This document shows, piece after piece, positions 1-8,900 of a stretch of DNA of 64,000 nucleotides. The stretch comes from a virus. Its lineage: Duplodnaviria; Caudoviricetes. Numbering within the stretch: position 1 is the stretch's first letter; each line of letters starts with the position of its first letter. Both the position numbers and the translations under genes were made by a program. Under the pieces are notes generated by a model. That model was given only the letters and a program-made list of their open reading frames with translations, did not search any database and was not told where the DNA came from. The stretch is from positions 1,297 to 65,296 of IMG/VR virus record IMGVR_UViG_3300001598_001736; one strand, 5' to 3'.

Positions 1-1
1 T

Positions 2-811
2 GCCGGCACATACTACGATGTTTTTACCGCTTATGATAACAAAGGAAGAATATGGAAAGCAATGAGCGATGGAAGCATACGCCCCACGCAAAAAGTTAAC
101 GGTCACCAAATATCTGCTGATAGAGATTATAGTTGTGAAGTGGTTACTCCAATTTTACAGTACGAAGATATAGAAGATTTACAGAAAATAATCCGTGCTC
201 TTGTTGCAAACGGAGCTGTTGCAAATTCTTCTTGTGGAATCCATGTTCATGTTGACGGAGCAAACCATACGCCTCAGAGTTTAACCAGACTGCTCAACTT
301 CGCTATTGGAAGACAAGATCTGTTCTATGAGGCGCTGAATATTGGTGATAGAGAAAACAGATGGTGTCATAAGATATCCCGTTCGCTGTTGAAAGCAATG
401 AAAAATGATGATTGTAAAACCAATCACTCTATGGAACAGATTTGGTATAGTAAGGCTAATGATAATTATGATGGCGGAATCAGTCACGAGCATTACAACG
501 CAACCCGTTACCACGGTATCAATCTTCACGCATTTTTCACAAAAGGAACAGTCGAATTCCGCTTATTCAACGGCACAACCCACGCCGGAAAAATAAAGGC
601 ATATATTCAGTTTTGTTTGGCTATGAGTGCCTGGGCTATAAACGCTCCAGATAAGATGTATTACAAATCCTGTTCTTCATATTCAAAACAGCAAAAAGCT
701 ACGCTTATGATGAATGTGCTTACAAGAAGGCTCGGAATGACCGGCGCAGAGTTTAAGACAGCGAGACTTCATTTAACAAGTGCTTTTGCGGATGAAGCAG
801 CTGCGGCGTAA
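2..811 (+). CDS. Putative amidoligase (COOH-NH2 ligase type), 5'-truncated by window edge
   Basis: Frame is open from base 2 (AGTYYDVFTAYDNKGRIWKAMSDGS...). Motifs CEVVTP, CGIHVHVDG, RYHGIN, KGTVEFRLFNGT. Confidence 0.8.
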   Translation, partial: AGTYYDVFTAYDNKGRIWKAMSDGSIRPTQKVNGHQISADRDYSCEVVTPILQYEDIEDLQKIIRALVANGAVANSSCGIHVHVDGANHTPQSLTRLLNFAIGRQDLFYEALNIGDRENRWCHKISRSLLKAMKNDDCKTNHSMEQIWYSKANDNYDGGISHEHYNATRYHGINLHAFFTKGTVEFRLFNGTTHAGKIKAYIQFCLAMSAWAINAPDKMYYKSCSSYSKQQKATLMMNVLTRRLGMTGAEFKTARLHLTSAFADEAAAA

Positions 812-887
812 GTAATAGCGGCAGAAAATTGTACTAAATCACAAAAACGCTGACCTAACGGCAATACGGGGAGAACGGAAAATTTAT

Positions 888-1577
888 ATGAGTAAAAAAT
901 ATTATATCGCTTATGGTAGCAACCTCAACAAAGAACAAATGAAATTCAGATGTCCCGATGCAATTCCGGAAGGTACTTCCGAGATTGAAAATTACACATT
1001 GGTGTTCAGAGGGCATCCTTATAGTGCTGTAGCAACGATTGAACCTAAAGAAGGTTGTTCTGTCCCTGTGGCAATTTGGAGCATAAGCCAGAGCGACGAA
1101 GAAAACCTTGATGTGTATGAAGGATTTCCTCGCTTTTACGGGAAACAAATATTCAATGTATCACTTAATGGAAAAGTCATTCCCGCAATGGTATATATAA
1201 TGACAAACGGTCATCAGATTGGAAAGCCATCTGTGCGTTATGTCAGAACCATTCAGCAAGGATATTCTGATTTCGGATTTGACCAAAACATTCTGTTGTC
1301 CTATATTATATCAATAGAGGAAATAGCAACAACTATAAAGAAAATTGCAGAAGAGCAAAAAGACGGGAACTTTGAAATTTGTCCGAGGTGCGGCAAAAAA
1401 ACAATGCGTGAAAAACTCCACTACAATTGTATGAGCAGACGAGCCGATGTATATGTATGTGAGCCGTGCGGAATGGAAGAAGCTTTGCTTGATTTCAAAG
1501 GATATGATGATTTGGTAACAGATTGGTGCTTAATTCGCCAGTATGCTTGTTGCAACGAAGAGAAAGCAATTAAATAG
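888..1577 (+). CDS. Gamma-glutamylcyclotransferase (AIG2-like) with C-terminal Zn-ribbon domain
   Basis: N-terminal YIAYGSNLN, LDVYEGFP; C-terminal CPRCG...CEPCG. Confidence 0.8.
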   Translation: MSKKYYIAYGSNLNKEQMKFRCPDAIPEGTSEIENYTLVFRGHPYSAVATIEPKEGCSVPVAIWSISQSDEENLDVYEGFPRFYGKQIFNVSLNGKVIPAMVYIMTNGHQIGKPSVRYVRTIQQGYSDFGFDQNILLSYIISIEEIATTIKKIAEEQKDGNFEICPRCGKKTMREKLHYNCMSRRADVYVCEPCGMEEALLDFKGYDDLVTDWCLIRQYACCNEEKAIK

Positions 1578-1599
1578 GTTTACACCCGCATAAAAAGAA

Positions 1600-1640
1600 A
1601 AAGCCCTGTAAACGCTCAAATTAAGCGAATACAGGGCTTT
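1600..1640. terminator. Bidirectional intrinsic terminator between convergent genes
   Basis: aaagccctgta / tacagggcttt 11-bp stem with inner cgct/agcg pairing; A- and T-rich flanks. Confidence 0.75.
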
Positions 1641-1651
1641 GATTTTTAATA

Positions 1652-2518
1652 TTATAATTCTTCTATGTATGAGGCACTTACCCAACGGTTTTCACCGATT
1701 TTGAACCAGTTACCTCTTTGTTCAAGGATTGAAACGGTTGTACCATTTTTCAAAAGATCTACCTTTGCGTAATTGGTACCCGGTCCTTTTCTTACATTCA
1801 GATTAGCCGTTGTTGTTCTCTTAGGCCTCAGAACGCCCAAGAAGTCTTCTGATGTATATCTGTGTTTGACTTTTTTACAGGCCTTGCCACCCCAGTTCTG
1901 GTCATAAGTATAGAAACTGCGGGTATCACCTTCTCCGGTTGCAAGAGCTATGTGTCCGCAATCATGCGAATCGCTTACGCCCTCACCCCATACGCAAATG
2001 TCGCCACGGAGGGGAACAAGTTCAGGAGTATTCTTTATTCTATCAAACTTTTCGTGCATTCGAGTGTAACCGCCCCAGCTCTTATCGTTGAAGCATTCAA
2101 AGTAATGTCGAGCATTTCCCCACGCTCCGGCCTTTATGCCGAAGATTTCTTTAAGGTAAGCTTTGATTAAATCCACACACTGAATACCTGCCGCACCGTC
2201 AACATCTACCCCTTTTCCAAGGTGGTTTTTGATAAACTGCGAAAAGGTAACCGAGCCGCCTTTTTCTTCTTCATAAGGTTCATTGTAACCCATAGCCCTG
2301 GTACTGTCTTTTATTCCCTTTGTAGTAGGGTCTGCAATAATGCCGAGAGTCGAAAGCAAGCCGACAATTCCCGTGAATGCGGAAATAAGGGTGTCCTCAG
2401 CAATGCGGGGAACAATACCGATTACGGCAAGTACGCCATAAACTGCCGAGATTACGGCCGGGATAAGCGTAATCCAAAAGACGGGGTTCTTCGCTCTGAC
2501 TTTCCAGTTAATTTTCAT
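1652..2518 (-). CDS. Holin (phiLC3-like)-CHAP endolysin-SH3b fusion protein
   Basis: aa1-80 MKINWKVRAKNPVFW...GIIADPTTKGIKDS (holin). CHAP: QCVDLIKAY...GHIALA...DQNW. SH3b: LNVRKGPGTNY...GNWFKI. No stop between domains. Confidence 0.85.
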   Translation of the reverse strand: MKINWKVRAKNPVFWITLIPAVISAVYGVLAVIGIVPRIAEDTLISAFTGIVGLLSTLGIIADPTTKGIKDSTRAMGYNEPYEEEKGGSVTFSQFIKNHLGKGVDVDGAAGIQCVDLIKAYLKEIFGIKAGAWGNARHYFECFNDKSWGGYTRMHEKFDRIKNTPELVPLRGDICVWGEGVSDSHDCGHIALATGEGDTRSFYTYDQNWGGKACKKVKHRYTSEDFLGVLRPKRTTTANLNVRKGPGTNYAKVDLLKNGTTVSILEQRGNWFKIGENRWVSASYIEEL

Positions 2519-2537
2519 AATGTATTACTTCCTTTCA

Positions 2538-2837
2538 TTATTTATGTGCCTGTTGGTTAATGTGTTTTTCAATTTTGCCGATTGCTTCTTTCACAGGACC
2601 ATCACAGCCTTGTTCAGCAAGACCTTTCAAGCAAGCAAGAACACCGTAAGTTAATAGGCACTGCTCTTCTTTTAATGCCTTGATTTCATCTTTGGTAATT
2701 TTGATGTCCTCGTCCTGCTTGTTCTGTTTCAGATACCATTTGTATATAGCGAAAATAATGCCAAAAATAACGCCGAGAGCACCAAGCACCTCAGCGAATT
2801 TAATAATGGTATCTGCTGTGATTGTGATACCGTTCAT
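2538..2837 (-). CDS. Single-TM holin-like / lysis-accessory membrane protein
   Basis: One hydrophobic helix (VLGALGVIFGIIFAIYKW) followed by a coiled coil; RBS aaggaagga; sits directly before the holin-lysin gene. Confidence 0.65.
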   Translation of the reverse strand: MNGITITADTIIKFAEVLGALGVIFGIIFAIYKWYLKQNKQDEDIKITKDEIKALKEEQCLLTYGVLACLKGLAEQGCDGPVKEAIGKIEKHINQQAHK

Positions 2838-2858
2838 TATTATGTTTCCTTCCTTTTG

Positions 2859-2936
2859 TTACTTAGTAAAAAGACTTGTAATAAATGCTATGATGACCGC
2901 CAACATTAGGCTGCCGCCCGTCATCCAAAAGTGCAT
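2859..2936 (-). CDS. 25-aa hydrophobic peptide (below ORF-track cutoff)
   Basis: MHFWMTGGSLMLAVIIAFITSLFTK, preceded by strong SD AAAAGAGGTGAT. Confidence 0.5.
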   Translation of the reverse strand: MHFWMTGGSLMLAVIIAFITSLFTK

Positions 2937-2962
2937 CACTGTTATCACCTCTTTTCGGGCAT

Positions 2963-2992
2963 AAAAAATCCGCAGGCTATTAAGCTCTGCGG
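2963..2992 (-). terminator. Intrinsic terminator after tail-module genes
   Basis: Minus strand ccgcag-a-gct-taat-agc-ctgcgg followed by ATTTTTT. Confidence 0.65.
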
Positions 2993-3004
2993 TTATCTTT
3001 TATG

Positions 3005-3406
3005 TTATTCTTTCTGCCAACCTGCCGGATAATCTGACGGAGACCATACATTGTTGTCAATTGTGCTCGTATAGGTTTCTCCGTTAAACATTACGGTATC
3101 ACCTTTCATATATGCATTTGTGGCGCTCGGCTGTTCCCAGTCGGGAATTACATTATCACTCGGGATAAGCACCTTTGCAAACAAGCTTGTTGCAACATCA
3201 GGTGTCCAGCTTTCCTGTGAAGTGTGAGCCTGAACAACACTATAAAGAATGTTGTTGTATCTCACCCTTTGTCCAAACTCATAAGCCTGTTCGGGTTTCC
3301 ATTGCGGGAAAAGATCAAGACCGGCAAGTGCGTCCTCTGTATCGAGTGCTGCGGCCGCTTTCTCAATAAGTGGTCTGAGTATTTGTGCCTTTTTGGTGAG
3401 TGTCAT
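3005..3406 (-). CDS. Carbohydrate-binding (CBM5/12, ChtBD3-like) repeat protein, tail-associated
   Basis: Two repeats W-x5-Y-x2-G-x2-V-x-Y/F-N-x3-Y (WKPEQAYEFGQRVRYNNILY; AYMKGDTVMFNGETY). Confidence 0.75.
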   Translation of the reverse strand: MTLTKKAQILRPLIEKAAAALDTEDALAGLDLFPQWKPEQAYEFGQRVRYNNILYSVVQAHTSQESWTPDVATSLFAKVLIPSDNVIPDWEQPSATNAYMKGDTVMFNGETYTSTIDNNVWSPSDYPAGWQKE

Positions 3407-3814
3407 TTATTCCACCCCCAAAAGAATTTTTGCCGCACGAAGTTCATCTTCCAATTCAACCACCTTTGCGGTCAGTTCAGCTCGGGTAAGGATTGTACTT
3501 TCATCGGTTCCCTCCGGGACTTCGGGACTTTCGTCCTCAGTATCTTCTTCCTCTGTATGACTGTTTATGATTTCCTCATATTCAGTTCCGTAAGTAGGAT
3601 AGGCGGTCAATTCGTTATCCAGGTCAAGAGATGGTTTTCCGTCAAGTTGATATACTGTTGAGCCATCTAATGATAAGATGCCCTGAGCATGAACCTCAGA
3701 GCATCTTACAAGAATATTGTTTTTTGTTTGCCGGTTAATAAAAACGGGATTTTCGTGGGCTTCTGCGGTTATAACCGTGTCACCCTCCATTATTTTCAGA
3801 TAGAGCATAGTCAT
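3407..3814 (-). CDS. Hypothetical tail-module protein
   Basis: Start MTMLYLK after GGAGG; overlaps RT 3' end and abuts the next gene; acidic linker and C-terminal coiled coil. Confidence 0.65.
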   Translation of the reverse strand: MTMLYLKIMEGDTVITAEAHENPVFINRQTKNNILVRCSEVHAQGILSLDGSTVYQLDGKPSLDLDNELTAYPTYGTEYEEIINSHTEEEDTEDESPEVPEGTDESTILTRAELTAKVVELEDELRAAKILLGVE

Positions 3815-4943
3815 AGCCCTCCCATAAATCAGATAGAAATAGTTTGTTATATAGGTCTGCCATGTTCTGTATTGTGTGATAGGCATTGAATTTCAAGGCG
3901 TAAGCTTTCCAACTCTGCCAAGTTGTATAGATATCGTTAAAGGCAATTCGCCCGTCCTTCCACATCTTGTGTAGCTTTTTCAGCTTAATGCGCATACGGG
4001 TAACACTCCGCTTATAAATCTTGCGTACCACCTTGCCGGTGTCAGTGAGATAAAAGCGGATTTTTAGCCAAGTAAAGCCGTGACTGAGCTTCACTATTTG
4101 CGTTTTCTTTTCATTCAGAGTAATGCCGAGAATTTTACAGATTTCTTTCATCTGTTCAAGGCAGTTCTGCAGATACTCTTTTGACTGATGAATAAGATAC
4201 CCATCATCCATATATCTACTATAGCCTTTTATTCTCAGTACCTCTTTGATGTAATGGTCTAAGCGATTTGCAGAGGCAAGAGCCAACACTTGACTTATTT
4301 GACTACCTAACCCCATACCAACATCACCGAAAGCGTCAACAAAGTGTTCTGTCAGTTTCAGTATTTTTTCATCTGAAAACTCATTGTGCAGAATGCCTTT
4401 AATTACTGCGTGAGAAACATTGTCAAAGAATTTTGAAAAATCAAATAACAGAATGTAGCCTTCCTGCCCATACTTTCTGTAATGCTTGTGCAGATGTTGA
4501 GTAAGGCGGCGAACAGCAAAGTCATATCCCTTATACTTAAGAGAGGCCCCATTGTCATATACAAAGGTTCTTCCGAGCATAGGAACAAGAGCGTTGTCAC
4601 ACAAACAACGCTGTACTACTCTTTCGCCTATGATTGTACTTCTTATGTGGCGGTGTTTTCCTCTTTCATAGATATCAAACTCATAAAATCCGGGGCTTTT
4701 GAATTTCCCGTTTTGGAGCTGATTATAGGTATGCAGTAAATTAAGCGGTGCTTGAGTAATATATTTTTGCACGCTTGATTTCCACGCCACACCTTTTCGG
4801 CAACACTTGTACGCCTCATAAAGATTCTGATAGCTGAAAACTGTGTTAAAATCATCATATTTTGAACAGCATTCAGCTTTTTTCTTTTGCCGAGCTTTAA
4901 CCCGGCGTTGGTACCTTGCCGCTCTTCTTTCTTCACTTGTCAT
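3780..4943 (-). CDS. DGR reverse transcriptase (387 aa)
   Basis: GMGLGSQISQ and RYMDD motifs; no maturase or endonuclease domain; adjacent TR and avd. Start taken at MTSEERR after AAGGAAGG. Confidence 0.95.
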   Translation of the reverse strand: MTSEERRAARYQRRVKARQKKKAECCSKYDDFNTVFSYQNLYEAYKCCRKGVAWKSSVQKYITQAPLNLLHTYNQLQNGKFKSPGFYEFDIYERGKHRHIRSTIIGERVVQRCLCDNALVPMLGRTFVYDNGASLKYKGYDFAVRRLTQHLHKHYRKYGQEGYILLFDFSKFFDNVSHAVIKGILHNEFSDEKILKLTEHFVDAFGDVGMGLGSQISQVLALASANRLDHYIKEVLRIKGYSRYMDDGYLIHQSKEYLQNCLEQMKEICKILGITLNEKKTQIVKLSHGFTWLKIRFYLTDTGKVVRKIYKRSVTRMRIKLKKLHKMWKDGRIAFNDIYTTWQSWKAYALKFNAYHTIQNMADLYNKLFLSDLWEGYDYALSENNGG

Positions 4944-5156
4944 AGTAAATACCTTCCTTGTCCCGTACCTCTGTCGGCAGGTTACATATAGAGGCATGTA
5001 TCAACGGGCATGAAATACGGGATAGCCTGCAACCCGTACCATGCAAGCAGCGTCCGCCCGGACACATCAGGACCTATATTTACCTTTCGGAAGGTTAAGT
5101 TCTCCTTCTCTCCACCTAAGTCTGATTTCGTTTCCTACTTTGTCTGCTCAGAGAGG

Positions 5157-5279
5157 AGCCGAACGCCACGCCATTTGAGTTGCTTGCGTTGTTGTTGTTA
5201 CTGTTGCCGTTGTTGTTAACATTACAGAAATTGGACGAGGACGAAGCCAACGGGGAGCGCAGCCACCAGTTAGATGCTG
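5157..5279 (-). repeat. DGR template repeat (TR)
   Basis: 123-bp gap-free match to 5925-6047 with 16 mismatches, all at TR adenines of the coding strand; 13 AAY codons in the VR frame. Confidence 0.97.
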
Positions 5280-5325
5280 CATCCTCCACAACGAAACAAT
5301 AAATACAGAGCTTAACCTATATAGA

Positions 5326-5730
5326 TTACAGTATATTCTTATACCGTTCTCTATCACTTTTCATTACCGCCTTTACAAGACGGATTTCGGTATCAATAAT
5401 ATCCATCCATACTCTCAGGGTTTCCATATCAATACCGAATATTTCCTGAGCTACTTCAAGCTGAGAAATCAAGCTTTGAAGTTCCGCATTTGCACGGATG
5501 AAGCAGTCACGCCTTATCTGGACTTCGTGCTGATTTGTCGGGTAAATGCTGTTTGCTCGCTTTACATCTTCATAAATACGGGTAGCGGAATTTGCAATGG
5601 GCTGAGACACATAAAATGTGTACCGCTTTGGAAAGTTGACACATTTCTGTATGGTGTAAATCTCAAGTTTCCTTGCAGTTGCTATAAATTCCATATCAGA
5701 AGTCGTTCGCTTGCTTTTTATTACTGACAT
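5326..5730 (-). CDS. avd: DGR accessory variability determinant (Avd-like four-helix bundle, 134 aa)
   Basis: Size, helical basic character (NFPKRYTFY...IYEDVKRANSIYP...RRDCFIRANAEL) and position between target and TR, as in BPP-1. Confidence 0.85.
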   Translation of the reverse strand: MSVIKSKRTTSDMEFIATARKLEIYTIQKCVNFPKRYTFYVSQPIANSATRIYEDVKRANSIYPTNQHEVQIRRDCFIRANAELQSLISQLEVAQEIFGIDMETLRVWMDIIDTEIRLVKAVMKSDRERYKNIL

Positions 5731-5823
5731 TTCATTACCCCTCTTTGCGTGTAGCTCATTTTTTATTATACATTTTCGGACTACACCATTCAAGTGAAAA
5801 GGTCAAAATTTTCACAAAATTTT

Positions 5824-5838
5824 CGCTGCTTCGCAGCG
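5824..5838 (-). other. Hairpin with GAA loop downstream of VR
   Basis: Minus strand cgctgc-GAA-gcagcg. Confidence 0.55.
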
Positions 5839-5870
5839 GATTTTATGGGGTTTTTCTGTACCGCTCCCAC

Positions 5871-5898
5871 TATCTCGCCCCACAAAGGGGGCGAGATA
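5871..5898 (-). other. DGR hairpin/cruciform downstream of VR
   Basis: Perfect 11-bp stem tatctcgcccc / ggggcgagata with 6-nt loop, 15 nt after the target stop codon. Confidence 0.8.
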
Positions 5899-5913
5899 TA
5901 CAGAGCCGGGAGA

Positions 5914-8900
5914 TTATATACAGAAGCCGAACGCCACGCCATAGGAGTTGCTTGCGGCGTTGCTGGCACTGCCGCCGAAGTTGTCAACAAAACAGAAATT
6001 GGACGAGGACGAAGCCAACGGGGAGCGCAGCCACCAGGAAGATGCTGAGCCTTCACCATTGTAGGTCTTCTTAATCCTCGATGTGTTACTGGTAAACAGT
6101 GCAAATGTTTTCTGTTCGGCATCAGCGTCTACTTCGTTTTTATACGGCACTTCGTTTGCACTAAATCCTACCTCAGCATACGAGAACAGGAATAATTTGT
6201 CACTCGTAGTGTCAGTAAGAGCAGATGTGTTGCCGATTGAAGATATCACGTCTACAGACTTAATCATAGACTGCCAGTAAACAGGTAAAGCGGACAGAAT
6301 TGTGCTGTTCAGCCATGTACGCATTTCGCACGATTTCCAACCACCGACATTTGTATTTGAAGCATTCATTCTGTGGTTCGCATTCATTATACCGAGCATA
6401 CCGAATGTACAACCGGCAAAGTTATTACTTCCCGAAATCTTGAAATGATTGAAGCCATAAAGCTGTAATACAATTTCGAGATCAGCAAACACATTGGTAT
6501 GCGGCACTATCTTGATTTTATCACCGACAGTAAAGTATGTCTTCGGATTGCCAAGTGTCATAATGCCGTAAAACTCCGCAAGCGAATACGCACTATCATC
6601 TTCGGGATCATCACTATACAGGTAATCGTATTCTGTTACCGCCGTGTCCGGAAGAACAGGAGTTACATATACTGCGTGGATATCCATATCAGAAACAACA
6701 TCATCTGCCGTTTCATCCCAACCCGTCCAAATGCCCGAGCCAGACAGACCTGCACCGGTATAATTGGAACTGCCATGTGCTATAACAGAGTTTGTCTGAA
6801 CGACCACAGTACCGTCATAATAACGGATTGTGTAGTATCTGTCTGATTCCGTAAACTGTGCCGTAACAATAGTATCTTGCAGAATATGATTGAATGCAAC
6901 ATCCCATCCGGAAAACTCGTAGGTTTTTGCAACCGTTGAGGCTTTTGTAGGCGTTGAAATAAGTTCAGCAGTAATAGGATTGACCGCAGCTGAATTACGC
7001 TTAATGGTTTGCGTGTTCAATACCGTTCCGTCATAGTTCTTGAAAGTGACGGTGTATGCAGGTACGATTGAGCCGTATGTTACTTCAAGCTCGGGGAAAG
7101 CGGTTTCAATAGCCGTCAATTCTGCTTGTGAGAGAGATCCGATATAACATTCGCCTGTTATCACGGGTGTATTTGAAGCCTCTCCGAGTGCATTGTAGCC
7201 CTTCCATTTTGAGGCAATGGCATAAAGTGCGTCACCTGTTGTAAAGGTCAAATCGGCTCCGAGATAACGGATATAGTGTGTTGCATTGCCGCCGTAGCTT
7301 ACAGCCTGTTCCAGCAATGTTGCCATTGCCGCATTGACTATTGAATTACAGTTCTCCACTCTGACGGTTGTGAGATTATTGCCGTTTGCCATACTAAACG
7401 ATTCAACATCGAGCAAATCTAAGGCAACTATTCCGCTACAAGCATTAAGATGTATATCTGTCAGCGGAGCGTATGCCGGAAGAGTGATAAGGCCTGCATT
7501 TGTTCCTCTGGTATCAACGGTTTCAAGCTCAACATTTGCCGAGAGGTCCAGCGGACGGGAGAAATTCACAAGGTTACGAATAGATAAATCTGTCAATATT
7601 GCAGTAGGTATATTCAATCCTGTATTTGCATCCCACGCCGTGTTTTCGCTATCTTCGGCACCAAGCATTACCTCCTGAAGCTTTGAAGCTCCGGCAGCGG
7701 CAAAGGTACTGTTATTGATACTGTCAATGGGCGTTATACTTTGAATAAGGCTTTCGGGCGTAACGTATATCGTTGCATTGGAGTGGACTGCCGTGTTCTG
7801 GAATGTGGCGGTACCGCCCGTAGCAATTTTCTTTGATACTCTTGTACCGTTATCTACTATGATTGTTACATAGGTTTTTGCATACGCTTTAACAATCAAA
7901 TCCTGAGTGGTACCGGCAGGAGCATTAGCACGGAATGTAATTGATTCCGAAGTGGAATAATATCCATACTTACCGTCCATATACTTTGCCTGATATGTGA
8001 CAAACTGATTACGCTGATACTTCTTTGAACCTTGAAGCCTTGCAAGATAGCTGTCATCATAGCTCTTGACCTCTGTACCTACGGTAACGCCCGTTGTCTT
8101 GTATGGGAGGATATATTTGTTATATGCATCCTCAGCCATAGCCGCATGAGGTCTGATTGACTGATAATTATTCCATTTATTTATGATAGTCTGTGCTGTC
8201 CACGCTCCTCTGCCTCGAAGCATAATATACATAGCAGCAAGCTCGGAAGCAAAAGCGGACTGGATATTCACCCAAATCGTGTTGCTGTCTGCATTGAACA
8301 GAGAACGGCTTCCTGCAGTATCTCCGAAGTCTGCACCGTAATCAGCAAGAGGAACGCCGTCATTATCACAACCAAGAATGGTATCATCATCATAGTTCTT
8401 GTTAATGTTCCAAAGGTATTTGCCGGCCGTTTCGTCCCATTCAAAAGAATAGAATGTGTTTTTGGAAACATTATCGAATGCGGCGTAAAACTCCATCCAT
8501 AAGAAATGGTACAGTAGAGAATCAATAGCGAAGTAATCTCCTACCTCCGCTTTGAATTTTGCCAGCCTGTATTGTGCGGTATCGTGTGTGTATTCAACAC
8601 CGCCGTATGTTACGGCTTCATCAAGAGCGGTTTCGGGGGTTGCCAAATCAACGGCAGTAGAAACGAGCCATTCAACAGTATCATCCCACGCACCAACTAC
8701 GGCGTCAAGGTCTGCGGCTTTAGGCTCAGCTCTCCATTCATAGTCCGTAGAAACAGTTGTACCGTTTACAGTCTGCCATTCTCCGTCCTCTGAATTATAT
8801 GTAGATGTTGCCTTAAACTGCTGTGCCGGAGTATCATTGCCCGACACTTCAATACAACCTTTGGCGTAATGTTCGCCCGTACCGTCCTGTCCGAACACAA

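Noticed and set aside
3780-4997. RT as group II intron, retron or Abi RT; longer 405-aa start
   Set aside because: No maturase/HNH domain or msr-msd-like context; the TR/VR pair and avd define a DGR. The SD lies before the ATG at 4943.
5010-5357. ORFs 5010-5219(+) and 5148-5357(-), and similar ORFs at 5745-6122
   Set aside because: Off-frame or antisense readings of TR/VR with no RBS; they reflect the repeats, not genes.
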